Assembly: GCA_050250895.1 (NCBI GenBank)
Contig: JBFWNU010000001.1
Location: 1,870,884-1,934,883, forward strand
Length of the DNA: 64,000 bases
Source of the DNA: Vulcanimicrobiota bacterium
GTDB taxonomy: Bacteria; Vulcanimicrobiota; Xenobia; Xenobiales; JADMJV01
Direction: 5' to 3'
Notes under the pieces: generated by a model
Database searches by the model: none
Seen by the model: only the letters and a program-made list of their open reading frames with translations
What the model was told of the DNA's origin: nothing
Position numbers and translations under genes: made by a program
Shown here: one piece after another, positions 36,283 through 45,908 of the stretch
How positions within the stretch are numbered: the stretch's first letter is position 1
Layout of the letters: the number at the start of each line of letters is the position of its first letter

Positions 36283-37983
36283 ATGAGGATTTCCGGTCCC
36301 AGGTTGGCGACCCCACGCCCCGCCACCCAGGCCCCCCCGCCCCGGTGGTCGGTGCTGCTCGATGGCGATTGCTTCGTTCCCTCTGGCGATGAGGCCAGGC
36401 TGCATGTTGCCCGCCGGCCGGCCGGCCAGACCCTGGCCGATTTTGTCAAGCAACAGACCGCCAGCTATCCTAGCGCCCACACGATGATTATCAGCGACCG
36501 CCCGGCCGCTGAATTGGCCGGCGAACTACCGCAAAAGGTCGATCTGCTCCACCTTTTGGGCGAAGGCGGCCAGCGGGCCGACCGAGTTTTTGCCTTGCGC
36601 GACCGGGCTCGCTTCGTGACCGGCGCCAGCGGGCCCAGCCGCACGGCTTTTCCGGGCCAAGAGTTGGCCGAGGTGCTAGGGCGATCTCCCCAGCTGTCGC
36701 CCGAAGAGCTGGCCCGCAAGGTGGTCTCGCGCTATGCGCTGGCCGCCTCACCTGACAGTATGGTGGCCACCGAGTCGAACCGGCTGACGGATGCGGCTCC
36801 CACCCTGAGGGTGCTGGTGAAGGCCATTCTCGAAGAGCAGTCCCCGCGCGAACGACTCTACACGCACTTGATGCGCAGCTGTCCCATGCGGCCCCACCAG
36901 ACCCTCGAGGCCGGCTATGACGACCGCGATCTGGGTACCTTCTTGCGAAATCTAGCCGAAGACAAGGGCCTGGGCGCGCGGGTCAACCTGGCCGCCCGCC
37001 AGGCCGCCCGCGCTGTCGACGAGAGCATGGTCAGCCTGCACGAGGGTCAGGGTCGCACCTCGACCGGCTTGTCGGGCTATCTGCCCTGGCACGAGCCGTC
37101 CAGACTCGAGGGCGAATTCGCGGCCCAGACCGGCTGGAATCTGCTGCTCGATTACATCTATGCCAGCCAGGCGCAAGCCCCCTCGCAGCCGCACCCCGAG
37201 CCAGAGCCTTTGGGTCTGGGGCAACGTCTGGGCAAAGCGGCCATCTATGAGTACAAGAAGTACGTCTCGCCCTATCTGGGTGGCTCGTGCGCTTATGACC
37301 CCAGTTGCTCTCAATACACCCGCGAGGCCATCGAAGAACACGGCCTGGTCGAGGGCTCGAAGCTGGGCTTCATGCGGTTGATCAGCTGTAACGGCCACGG
37401 CGGGGGTGGGCACGACCCGGTGCCCCACGCGCACGACCATTGCCAAGAGGAGCATGCCCACCATCCTCAGCCCCTGCCTCAACTCTGGCTGCAGCCGCCC
37501 AGCGCACCCGCCCGCTCCCAACCGGTCCGTCGCCTGCATCAGGCCTTGTTCGGTGCCGCCGGGGTGGTGGGTGCAGTCGCCGGCGGCCTGGCCGGTGGCC
37601 TGGTCGGCTTGGTGGCGGGGGCCGGCCTGGGAGGCACCGTCGGTTGGAAGGCCGGCAACGGGTCCCTGCCGGACTTCGAGGCCGGGCTGCGCGACAAATA
37701 CGGTCCCCACAAGCAAGAGAGTTTCTCGAGTCTGACCCATCTGCTCACTGTTCCAGGCGCTCGCCTGGGCAGTGTCCTGGGTAGCAACTGGTTGGCCGGT
37801 TTCGGTGGGGCCTTGGCCGGGGGGCTGATGGGCGCCCTGGGCGGAGCCTTTCAGAATGGTCGCTGGTTCGCCGAAATGGGCAAACTCTACGGCCAGCATC
37901 GAGCGATGGATGCGGTAGGCGAGCTTCCTACTCATTACCACACCGCCCAGATCCTGGCCCGCGACTATCATGAATCCGTTTAG
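36283..37983 (+). CDS. Fusion of degenerate clostripain (C11)-like domain, YidD domain and glycine-zipper region
   Basis: YPSAHTMIISD, DLGTFL, STGLSGYLP, FAAQTGW; YKKYVSP..CAYDPSCSQY..AIEEHG..RLISCN..GGHDPVP; GxxxG repeats. Confidence 0.7.
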   Translation: MRISGPRLATPRPATQAPPPRWSVLLDGDCFVPSGDEARLHVARRPAGQTLADFVKQQTASYPSAHTMIISDRPAAELAGELPQKVDLLHLLGEGGQRADRVFALRDRARFVTGASGPSRTAFPGQELAEVLGRSPQLSPEELARKVVSRYALAASPDSMVATESNRLTDAAPTLRVLVKAILEEQSPRERLYTHLMRSCPMRPHQTLEAGYDDRDLGTFLRNLAEDKGLGARVNLAARQAARAVDESMVSLHEGQGRTSTGLSGYLPWHEPSRLEGEFAAQTGWNLLLDYIYASQAQAPSQPHPEPEPLGLGQRLGKAAIYEYKKYVSPYLGGSCAYDPSCSQYTREAIEEHGLVEGSKLGFMRLISCNGHGGGGHDPVPHAHDHCQEEHAHHPQPLPQLWLQPPSAPARSQPVRRLHQALFGAAGVVGAVAGGLAGGLVGLVAGAGLGGTVGWKAGNGSLPDFEAGLRDKYGPHKQESFSSLTHLLTVPGARLGSVLGSNWLAGFGGALAGGLMGALGGAFQNGRWFAEMGKLYGQHRAMDAVGELPTHYHTAQILARDYHESV

Positions 37984-39334
37984 CTTTTCTGGCCCCATTT
38001 CGCGGGGGGCCTACGCCGGTTGGGGTTGCGCCCTGATGGCGGTCAAATACAACCTGGACCGGTTGGTCGCCTGGCTAGCCTTCGGTCTGCCCTGGGATCC
38101 CACATCTTACTTGCGCTTCGACACGCCTATCCGCCGTCTGGACCAGAGCGATCGGCTGCAATTTTACACGGCCATGTTGTTGTTGGCCCTGCCTTTCATC
38201 TGGGTGGGAGTCTCTCTGACGGTGCGGCGACTGCGAGCGGTGGGGGCTTCGGGGCTGTGGGTCTGCTTGTTCTTCGTGCCCATTCTCAATTTGCTGCTGT
38301 TCTTGTCGATGTGCTTTGTACCTGACCAGGACGAGCCCGAGCCTGGACCGCTGGGAGCCGAGCCGGCCACCCCAGCCAATAGCTGGCTGCCCGAGAAGCC
38401 GGTGGCCATCGCGGCCACCGCGGCTCTGCTGTCCACCGGTGGCGGCATCGCTCTGACGGTGTTGGCGGCCAACTTCCTGGAGAATTATGGCTGGGGCCTG
38501 TTCGTGGGGGTTCCCTTCGTCAGCGGTTTGACCGCCTCGCTGATTCTCAACTGGAGGGCCCGCACCAGCCTGGGGCGGTCGCTAGGCGTCGGTATGCTCT
38601 CGGTCTCTCTGATTGGAGCGGGGCTACTGGTGCTGGCAGTGGAGGGCGTGATCTGCTTGCTGATGGCCGCTCCTATCGGCCTTCCGCTAGGAGCCCTGGG
38701 TGGCGCCCTGGGCTATGCCGTGTCGAATGAGCGGCCCGATGCCGGGCGCCCGGCCGCCAGCCTGGTCCTGTGGTTGGCCCTGCCGCTGCTGATGGGAGCA
38801 GAAGCCCAGGCGCCAGATCCGGCGCCGGCCTTGCCCTGCGTGACCAGTGTGGTGATCGATGCGCCTCCCGAAGTGGTCTGGCCACTGGTGGTGGCCTTCC
38901 CTGATTTGCCGCCCCCCAAGCGGCCGCTGCTTCGCACGGGCGTGGCTTATCCGGTGCGGGCCAGGATCGAGGGGCAAGGCGTGGGAGCGACTCGCTACTG
39001 CGAGTTTTCGACCGGACCGTTTGTCGAGCCGATCGAGGTCTGGGACCCGCCTCGGAGACTGGCCTTTTCGGTCTCGTCCCAGCCTGTACCGATGGACGAG
39101 TGGAGTCCGTACGCGGCTATCCATCCGCCCCACCTGGACGGAACCCTGACATCGGAGCGGGGCCAGTTCTTGCTCGAGCGCCTGCCTGGAGGCAAGACAC
39201 GCCTGGTGGGAACGACCTGGTATAGTCTCGAGATGTGGCCTGCGAGCTATTGGAGGGGCTGGTCAGACCAGCTCATTCACGCCATTCACTCTGAGGTGCT
39301 CGAGCATATCAAACGCGAGGCCGAGAAGGGTTAG
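37970..39334 (+). CDS. DUF805 membrane domain + SRPBCC/START-like domain protein
   Basis: FSFSGPISR..Y, SLTVRRLR, VVIDAPPEVVW, CEFSTGPFVEPI. Confidence 0.75.
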   Translation: MNPFSFSGPISRGAYAGWGCALMAVKYNLDRLVAWLAFGLPWDPTSYLRFDTPIRRLDQSDRLQFYTAMLLLALPFIWVGVSLTVRRLRAVGASGLWVCLFFVPILNLLLFLSMCFVPDQDEPEPGPLGAEPATPANSWLPEKPVAIAATAALLSTGGGIALTVLAANFLENYGWGLFVGVPFVSGLTASLILNWRARTSLGRSLGVGMLSVSLIGAGLLVLAVEGVICLLMAAPIGLPLGALGGALGYAVSNERPDAGRPAASLVLWLALPLLMGAEAQAPDPAPALPCVTSVVIDAPPEVVWPLVVAFPDLPPPKRPLLRTGVAYPVRARIEGQGVGATRYCEFSTGPFVEPIEVWDPPRRLAFSVSSQPVPMDEWSPYAAIHPPHLDGTLTSERGQFLLERLPGGKTRLVGTTWYSLEMWPASYWRGWSDQLIHAIHSEVLEHIKREAEKG

Positions 39335-39783
39335 AGGGGGAAGGTCTCGATCAACCCGACCTTCCAGGTCTGGCCTTCACGAAAGACTTTGAAGGTCAGC
39401 TTGGAGGGGTCCACGCCATCCATGGTCACCTGGGCCGATTTGTTGTTGCTGGAAACGGTCTTGAACTTGCCCTGGGCGAAGACGTCGGCCTTGGAGCTGG
39501 TGCGGAAGGAGTCCCAAAAGCCGCGCTGGGTCTGAGGCGAGTTGGACTCGAACATTTTGCGCACTTTGGTGACATCCATCTTCTCATCCTTGGCCACGCG
39601 GGTGATGATGGTGTCCTGGCTGTGCTTTGAGAGCAGACTCCAGGAACCGGCGTAGTTCTTGGAGCTGACCGCCGCCCAGAAGGCCTGGACCGCGCCCGAG
39701 GGCTTACCTTCCTGGGCGGTTGCGGAGGCGGCTAGAAACAGCGTGAGAACGAGGGGAAGAGCGATGCGAGAAATACTATGCAT
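39331..39783 (-). CDS. Secreted hypothetical protein (NTF2-like helix/strand pattern)
   Basis: Signal peptide ending ATA; PSGAVQAFW..LLS, REGQTWKV. Confidence 0.7.
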   Translation of the reverse strand: MHSISRIALPLVLTLFLAASATAQEGKPSGAVQAFWAAVSSKNYAGSWSLLSKHSQDTIITRVAKDEKMDVTKVRKMFESNSPQTQRGFWDSFRTSSKADVFAQGKFKTVSSNNKSAQVTMDGVDPSKLTFKVFREGQTWKVGLIETFPL

Positions 39784-39916
39784 GACATGCCGGATTCGAC
39801 TTAGACGGTTGCCAACCTCCGCCGGGTGGGTGAGACCACCGGTAAAGAACTCGGTCGACACGCTCGGTAGCCCACCAGTAAAACCAGAATCCGAAGATGA
39901 CTGCAGGGATGATCAT
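39776..39916 (-). CDS. Possible 46-aa single-TM small protein
   Basis: AGGAG RBS, aromatic-rich TM (IFGFWFYWW); stop overlaps the next start (ATGCATAG). Confidence 0.4.
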   Translation of the reverse strand: MIIPAVIFGFWFYWWATERVDRVLYRWSHPPGGGWQPSKSNPACHA

Positions 39917-40103
39917 GGGCGCTCCTATCTCGCGGGGACGAAGGGGGGCTGGTCGGAGGCGGTCGTTCGCCCCCACTCGGGGCGACTGAGATTATTGTAG
40001 GATAGGGTTTCGTTGATTCGCATGACAGTCTTTGACAGTAACCTTGTCGGTCGCTGCGCCAACCTCTTTAGTGGGAGGCAAGAAGTCGGCCTGAGGCGAA
40101 CCC

Positions 40104-42548
40104 GTGGCGGTGCGACGGGTCTGGTTGATTTGGGTGTTGTTGTTCTTGCCAGGGTGGTCAGCCCCGCTGGTGGGCGGTGACCACGAGGGCCAGGATGCGG
40201 TTCGTTATCTGCGCGAACTGGGCGTGCTGGAAGGCTATCCCGACGGCGGTTTTCGCGGCGAACGAGCCACTTCGCGCTGGGAAGTGGCGGCGATCCTGGC
40301 CCGCGTGCTGGCGCGGGCCGAAAGCAGCCATCAGACCTTGGCTACCAGAGTCGAACTCGAAGAGCTTCATCGTCTGGCTCTGGCTTATCGCGAAGAACTC
40401 GACGCCCTCGGGGTTCGAGTGACCAGTCTCGAGGAGCAGGTCGAGCGGCTCGACCAGCGAGTCGCCGAAAAGGGGCGCATCACCTTCAGCGGACGGAGCG
40501 TTACCTACATCGGCGGGCAGAGTTTTTCCAACCGGGGCAATCCGACCTCGGGCTTCGGTCCGGGCGCTCTCGACTATCACGCCGCCGTGGGGAGCCTGGC
40601 TTCGGCCAACTTGCTCCCTCATTCCCCGTTGGGCATCGTGCCCGCCATCGATCTCATGCGCGGTCAACCCTTGACCAACGGGTCGGGCTTTGCCTCGTTG
40701 CTTTTTCTGACCACCACCATCGTCCCCAATGACGATTTCACAGCCGAGCTTCAGCTCTACGCCTATTCGAGTCAGGGCGACCAGTTGGTGGATGCTCTCT
40801 GGGGCATTACCCCCCCTTACCTATCCAATTCCTTTACCGGCACGAACTTCGCCAACGGCCAGTCGTTGAACAACGTGCCTTTTACCCGGGCCGGTTTCGA
40901 CCGTTTCACCCTATCTCATCATCCCTCGGGAATCACGGCGACGGTGGGCACTTTCACGCCCCGAGTGATGACCCCCACCGTCTACCTGGGACAGATCAAT
41001 CCCATCAAGCGCACCCCCAACGTGCTCGAGAGCTTCGGCTTTCAGATCACCCAGGATAGCGAACCCTGGGCCTGGGAGGTGTTCGGCACCCGCAATCCCT
41101 CGGGCAACCCGGGTGTCAATGCCAACCCCTATCGTAACGAAGCTCTCGGGGCAGCTGTCAGCTACAGTGGCGAACAGTTTCGGGTGGGCTTCAACTTTCT
41201 GCGGGCGGCTGACCAGTTCACCGGCGGTGGCCCCCTCACGGTGGGCCAGCAGACCCAGTTGCAGGGCCTCATCGGCGAACTCTATACCGAGTGGGTTAAT
41301 CCTCCCGGCTTCTACCTTAACGAGTTGGGGGGCATCGGCTCGAGCCAGGTGGCCGGCGTGGGCAGCACCTCTGACCAGCGGCCGGTTCCCGGCGACCCCA
41401 CCAGCGATGCGCTCTCTCGCCTGGCCAGCGTGGGGCCTCAGGGCATCACTCTTTGGGGCCTCAATTTCCAATACAATGGCGACGATTGGGAGGTCCGTGG
41501 CGACTACGCAACCTCGACCTACAAGCCCAATCGAAACTCAGCCTATTCGGTAGACGGCGACCTTTGGAATCTTGGCGCGCGCAAGACTTTCGACGACGGC
41601 AACATCGAGCTGGCCGTCAATTATCGGTCCACCGACCCCACCTATGACCCCCTGATCTTGTCGTGGCCCGACGCGGCCGCCAGCGGCCTCAACGGCATGC
41701 AGCCGCTGCGGGCCTATCACCGCGTGCCCGACTTCGACAACTACTGGCATCTTTATGCGCTCCACGACACCAACAAGAACCCGCTCAATCGCCGGGGCTG
41801 GTGGCTAGACGCGCGCTGGCAGTATTCTGATGAAGGCTGGCTCAAAGCTCACTACAACACCCTCGAGCAGGTGAAAACGTCGTTGCCCGGCGTGCGCGTG
41901 CTGGCCAACAGCCTGGCACCGGGCACCCCCAACGCCACTGTGTTGGGACACGTTCCCGGCTTTCTCGACCCGGTCTTCCGCGCCTATTCGCCGATGAGCT
42001 TTGACGCCGCTCTCAATCCCCTCGAGGACCAGCGTGGCAAGGTGACCTCCTACGGCGGTCGTATCGTCCACGACTTCGCCGATTCACCATGGGGGGTCGA
42101 CTTCGGCTACGATCGTTGGCACTTCGATCGGCCCACCACTTTGCCGGCCGCCCTGGGCGGCAGCCAGAACCGCGTTGACTTGCTGCTGTCGACGCTGGAC
42201 CTGGGCGTGAGCTATCGTTTCACTTCAGACCTCAAGCTCAAGGTCGGGGTCGAGCAGGGGCGCCAGAGCGGCCACTATGATAGCTTCGGCACCTACAACC
42301 CCTACGCGTTGGCGGCCAATTCGGTCGATTTCAAGACTCGCGATACCGTCCAGACAATCCCCTACGCCAAAGTCGATTGGAGCGTGGACCCGGCCGTCAA
42401 GATCAACTCGGAGATCTACTTCTACAACACCGTCGACCACGTGGGAGCCAACATCTTCTCGGGCCCGCCCAACGGCGGCGCCGCCACCAACCATCCCTTC
42501 TCGTGGAAGGGCATCCGTTACGGAACCACCGTCGAGGTGACGTTCTAA
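40104..42548 (+). CDS. SLH-domain outer-membrane beta-barrel protein (OmpM/SomA-like architecture)
   Basis: Signal peptide, SLH GVLEGYPDGGFRG..SRWE, coiled coil, beta-rich body, C-terminal Phe. Confidence 0.85.
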   Translation: MAVRRVWLIWVLLFLPGWSAPLVGGDHEGQDAVRYLRELGVLEGYPDGGFRGERATSRWEVAAILARVLARAESSHQTLATRVELEELHRLALAYREELDALGVRVTSLEEQVERLDQRVAEKGRITFSGRSVTYIGGQSFSNRGNPTSGFGPGALDYHAAVGSLASANLLPHSPLGIVPAIDLMRGQPLTNGSGFASLLFLTTTIVPNDDFTAELQLYAYSSQGDQLVDALWGITPPYLSNSFTGTNFANGQSLNNVPFTRAGFDRFTLSHHPSGITATVGTFTPRVMTPTVYLGQINPIKRTPNVLESFGFQITQDSEPWAWEVFGTRNPSGNPGVNANPYRNEALGAAVSYSGEQFRVGFNFLRAADQFTGGGPLTVGQQTQLQGLIGELYTEWVNPPGFYLNELGGIGSSQVAGVGSTSDQRPVPGDPTSDALSRLASVGPQGITLWGLNFQYNGDDWEVRGDYATSTYKPNRNSAYSVDGDLWNLGARKTFDDGNIELAVNYRSTDPTYDPLILSWPDAAASGLNGMQPLRAYHRVPDFDNYWHLYALHDTNKNPLNRRGWWLDARWQYSDEGWLKAHYNTLEQVKTSLPGVRVLANSLAPGTPNATVLGHVPGFLDPVFRAYSPMSFDAALNPLEDQRGKVTSYGGRIVHDFADSPWGVDFGYDRWHFDRPTTLPAALGGSQNRVDLLLSTLDLGVSYRFTSDLKLKVGVEQGRQSGHYDSFGTYNPYALAANSVDFKTRDTVQTIPYAKVDWSVDPAVKINSEIYFYNTVDHVGANIFSGPPNGGAATNHPFSWKGIRYGTTVEVTF

Positions 42549-44104
42549 CGCTCGGCGGACACCCTCGGTCTGCTTTCCAACGGTTGGGGCGATGACCGTG
42601 GCGTGCCAAAGTTCATCCGCGCGAATTCTTGCAGTGCGATCGACTTGACCCAGTGGTCGAGGATGGCCGAGAAGCGGGCCTGCCGGCCTTTGGACCACCA
42701 GAGCGAGCGCAAGAAGTAGGTCCAACGACGCCAGCCCCCAGGGGCAATGACGTGACGGAGGGTGCGCCAGACCACACCCGGCTGCTTTCGGATAGGCAAG
42801 AAGTTCTCGACTAGCGGCTGCTCGGGCAGGTCGCGCATCTTGTTGGCCAGCCTCTCGAAGATGGCCTCGTCGGTGAACAGGCGGCGCATCAAGTCGGAAT
42901 AGCCGCAAACCAATTGTTCATAGGTCATGTTGAGAGGCTCGATATTGGTCATGGCTCCTGTATTGTCGGCGCCATCGAGCAACGAATCGGCCACCCTGAG
43001 CCGGCCGTCACGCTCGAGGCGATCCCAAAGGGGGGTTCGGTTGATGGCGATGAGCAGGCCGGCCATGGGCACGCTGATACCGGATGTCTGGATAAACCGA
43101 TAGTGGGACTCGAAGACCGCGGGCGTGTCGGCGTCAAATCCCACGATGAAGCCAGCATAGACACTGATGCCCTGGCGGTGGATGGTGCGCACCGCTGCGA
43201 GCAGGTCGACGCGCGAGTTCTGAAATTTCAGGGTCTCTTCCAGAGCGGCCTGGCTGGGGCTCTCGATGCCGATAAAGACCCACGAGAAGTTGGCCGCCCG
43301 AAAGAGCTCGAGCAGTTCCTGGTCGTCGGCCAGATTGACGCTGGCCTCGGTGCCAAAATAGAATTGATGGCGATGTCGTTTTTGATAGTCAATCAGAAAG
43401 CGTAGTAGCTCTTTGCAGCGCGGCTTGTGTCCGATCAGGTTGTCGTCGACAAAGAAGACGTTGTGGACCCCTTTGGCGCGCAGCGCGTCGAGTTCGGCTC
43501 CGACCTGCTCGAGGCTCTTGGTCCGGGGACGACGTCCGAAGATGACGATGATGTCGCAAAATTCACAGCGGAACGGGCAGCCTCGCGAAAATTGCAGGCA
43601 GGGCGTGAGATAGCGATCGAGTTTGAGCAGATCGAAGCGGGGCGTGGGTGAAACCGTCAAGTCGACGTTGCCGGTCTCTTGATAGAGAGGCTGAGGATTG
43701 CCGGCTTCGAGATCGTGACAGAAGCGGGGCCAGACATGCTCGGCTTCGCCGGCGATCACGGTATCGGCGAGGCTCTGGTAGTTGGCCGGCAACAGAGAAG
43801 CATGATTGCCCCCGGCCACCACATAGCAGCCGCGCTTTCTGAACCTCCCCAGGATAGTGCTTTGGCGTTGGAACTGGTTGGACATACCCGAGACTCCGAC
43901 CACATCGGCTGGAAAGTCCCAGTCTATCTCTTCGACATTCTCGTCGACGATGGTCACCTGCCAGTGGGGCGGCGTCAAGGCAGCGATGCTGGCCAGTCCC
44001 AGGGGCGGATTGGTGTAACGGGTCCAGGGCAAGATCTCGCGAGAGATCAGTTGAAAGTTCCAGAAGCTCGGCCGAAACTTGGGGCAGATCAGAAGCAGTC
44101 GCAC
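42545..44104 (-). CDS. B12-binding radical SAM protein (DUF4070-type)
   Basis: PPLGLASIAAL, VDENVE, GEAE, SRGCPFRCEFC, FVDDN, GIES. Confidence 0.92.
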   Translation of the reverse strand: MRLLLICPKFRPSFWNFQLISREILPWTRYTNPPLGLASIAALTPPHWQVTIVDENVEEIDWDFPADVVGVSGMSNQFQRQSTILGRFRKRGCYVVAGGNHASLLPANYQSLADTVIAGEAEHVWPRFCHDLEAGNPQPLYQETGNVDLTVSPTPRFDLLKLDRYLTPCLQFSRGCPFRCEFCDIIVIFGRRPRTKSLEQVGAELDALRAKGVHNVFFVDDNLIGHKPRCKELLRFLIDYQKRHRHQFYFGTEASVNLADDQELLELFRAANFSWVFIGIESPSQAALEETLKFQNSRVDLLAAVRTIHRQGISVYAGFIVGFDADTPAVFESHYRFIQTSGISVPMAGLLIAINRTPLWDRLERDGRLRVADSLLDGADNTGAMTNIEPLNMTYEQLVCGYSDLMRRLFTDEAIFERLANKMRDLPEQPLVENFLPIRKQPGVVWRTLRHVIAPGGWRRWTYFLRSLWWSKGRQARFSAILDHWVKSIALQEFARMNFGTPRSSPQPLESRPRVSAER

Positions 44105-45639
44105 CCGTCAGTATCCCTCGATGGAACCGGCGGTGTCAAGATTCGGCCGTCCATCGTGCCCACCGCCAACCGGCCATCCTCGGCCACGGCCAGGGCGCAT
44201 AGTTCGCCGGCCTCGAGGTCGAGACGTTGCTCGGGCTCGCCCCAGAAGCCGAGGGTTCCGTCTTGCGAGGCCGACACCAGTCGGCCGGCCCGGAAGGCCA
44301 GGGCATGAATCGCCCCATGGTGAGCCTTGAAGCCGGCTTCGAGGCGACCCTGGCGCCACAGGCAGAGGTGCCCGTCGCTGTCGCCACTGGCCAGCAAGTC
44401 CCCCTGGTAGGCCAGGCAGCGCACCGCGCTGCGATGACCTTCGAGGGCCACGAGTTCACCACTGGGCGGGTGAAACAGAAACACTTTGGACGAGGGCGAG
44501 GCGGCCAGGGCTAATCGCTCTCCGCCCACAGCGGCCATCGCGCCGATGCCACCACGCAGTCCGGGCTGATAAAGGGTGACCTGCTCACCCCGCAGGCAGG
44601 CCAATCGCCCGTCACGCAAGCCGGCGAAGAGACCCCCTGACCACACCAGGCTGAGCACTTCGCGCGGCATCGCCACAGGCTTGCCCACGAAGATCTGACG
44701 GTCGTTACCTCCACTGGCCAGCAGGCCGTCCGGGCCAAAGGCCAGCGCGTTGACCCAGTCGTCGTGCAGCGTATGAAGGCGTGGCGCACCGTGCCAGAGC
44801 AGCACCTGGCGGTCCTCGCCGGCCGAGGCCAACAGGTTGCCATAGTAGGCCAGCGCCGTGACCCGGCCCTGATGTCCGGCCATCGCCACTCCGGTCTCTA
44901 AGCCCTCGATTAGCTCACCCACTGTGGCGGGACGCTCGCTTGGGTCGAGAGCCAGGGCGCGAGCCACTTGGGCCGGCAGGCCTGCTGGCAGCCGGAAAGT
45001 GTCTCTCGTAAGACGTTCGACCACCTCGGGTGGGGGGGCTCCGGTGACCAGGTGCACCAGAGTGGCGGCCAGGCTGTAGATATCGCTCCACGGGCCGGGC
45101 CGCAAGCCGGTGCCGTACTGCTCCGGCGGAGCATAGCCCGGAGTCACGATGGCCGTGTGATGGGATTTGCCCAACGGGCGGGCCGAGCCGAAGTCGAGCA
45201 AGACCAATCGCCCCTCGCTAGTCAGAAACAGGTTGCCCGGCTTAAGGTCGCGGTGGAGCACGCTGCGGGCGTGCAGCACCTCGACGGCCCTGGCCGCTCG
45301 TCGGATGTAGTCCAGGGCCGTTTCTATCGGGAGTGCGCCGTCGCGTTCCACCAGCTGTTGGAGGTCGTGGCCAGTTAGCAATTCCATCACCAGATAGCCG
45401 GCCCCACCCTCTTCGAAGACGGCGTGGACCTTGACGATGTCGGGATGGTCGAAGCTGGCCAGCAGTCGGGCTTCTTCAAGAAATCCGAGCAACGCCTCGC
45501 CGCTGCACACCTTGATCGCGACCTCTCGGTTCAGGGCCAGATCGTGAGCCCGATAGGTCGAGCCGAACCCACCCCGCGAAAGTAGCTCTTCGACGCGGTA
45601 GGTCCCGCTTCGCAAGAGGGTGCCCGGGGAGAGGTCCAT
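44089..45639 (-). CDS. Ser/Thr protein kinase with WD40 repeats
   Basis: GGFG, VAIK, HRDLKPGN, DFG, APPE; GH...LASAGED..W repeats. Confidence 0.9.
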   Translation of the reverse strand: MDLSPGTLLRSGTYRVEELLSRGGFGSTYRAHDLALNREVAIKVCSGEALLGFLEEARLLASFDHPDIVKVHAVFEEGGAGYLVMELLTGHDLQQLVERDGALPIETALDYIRRAARAVEVLHARSVLHRDLKPGNLFLTSEGRLVLLDFGSARPLGKSHHTAIVTPGYAPPEQYGTGLRPGPWSDIYSLAATLVHLVTGAPPPEVVERLTRDTFRLPAGLPAQVARALALDPSERPATVGELIEGLETGVAMAGHQGRVTALAYYGNLLASAGEDRQVLLWHGAPRLHTLHDDWVNALAFGPDGLLASGGNDRQIFVGKPVAMPREVLSLVWSGGLFAGLRDGRLACLRGEQVTLYQPGLRGGIGAMAAVGGERLALAASPSSKVFLFHPPSGELVALEGHRSAVRCLAYQGDLLASGDSDGHLCLWRQGRLEAGFKAHHGAIHALAFRAGRLVSASQDGTLGFWGEPEQRLDLEAGELCALAVAEDGRLAVGTMDGRILTPPVPSRDTDGCDCF

Positions 45640-45908
45640 ACCCAGCGTTTGGCTATCTGCTGGGTTCGCTCCCGCCATGGCTTGCATTCATTTCGACGAG
45701 GCGCTGGAGGGTCGTGATGTGGTAGTCTGCGCCTTGACGGGGCTTCCTCCAGGGTGTACAATATACGCAACTGGTTTCACCCAGTAGAATGGAGTCGTCT
45801 ATGTCCCAGTGGCACCCTGGGCGGCCCACCTGCCCCACCCCCGAGTAATAGCCGGAGAATCCCCTTCTCCTCTTTTATTTTTCAGGCTTTACTCGAAAGG
45901 AATCGGTC

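Noticed and set aside
45653-45838. 61-aa ORF with CH..CVYC
   Set aside because: No convincing RBS or family motif; cannot be supported from sequence alone.
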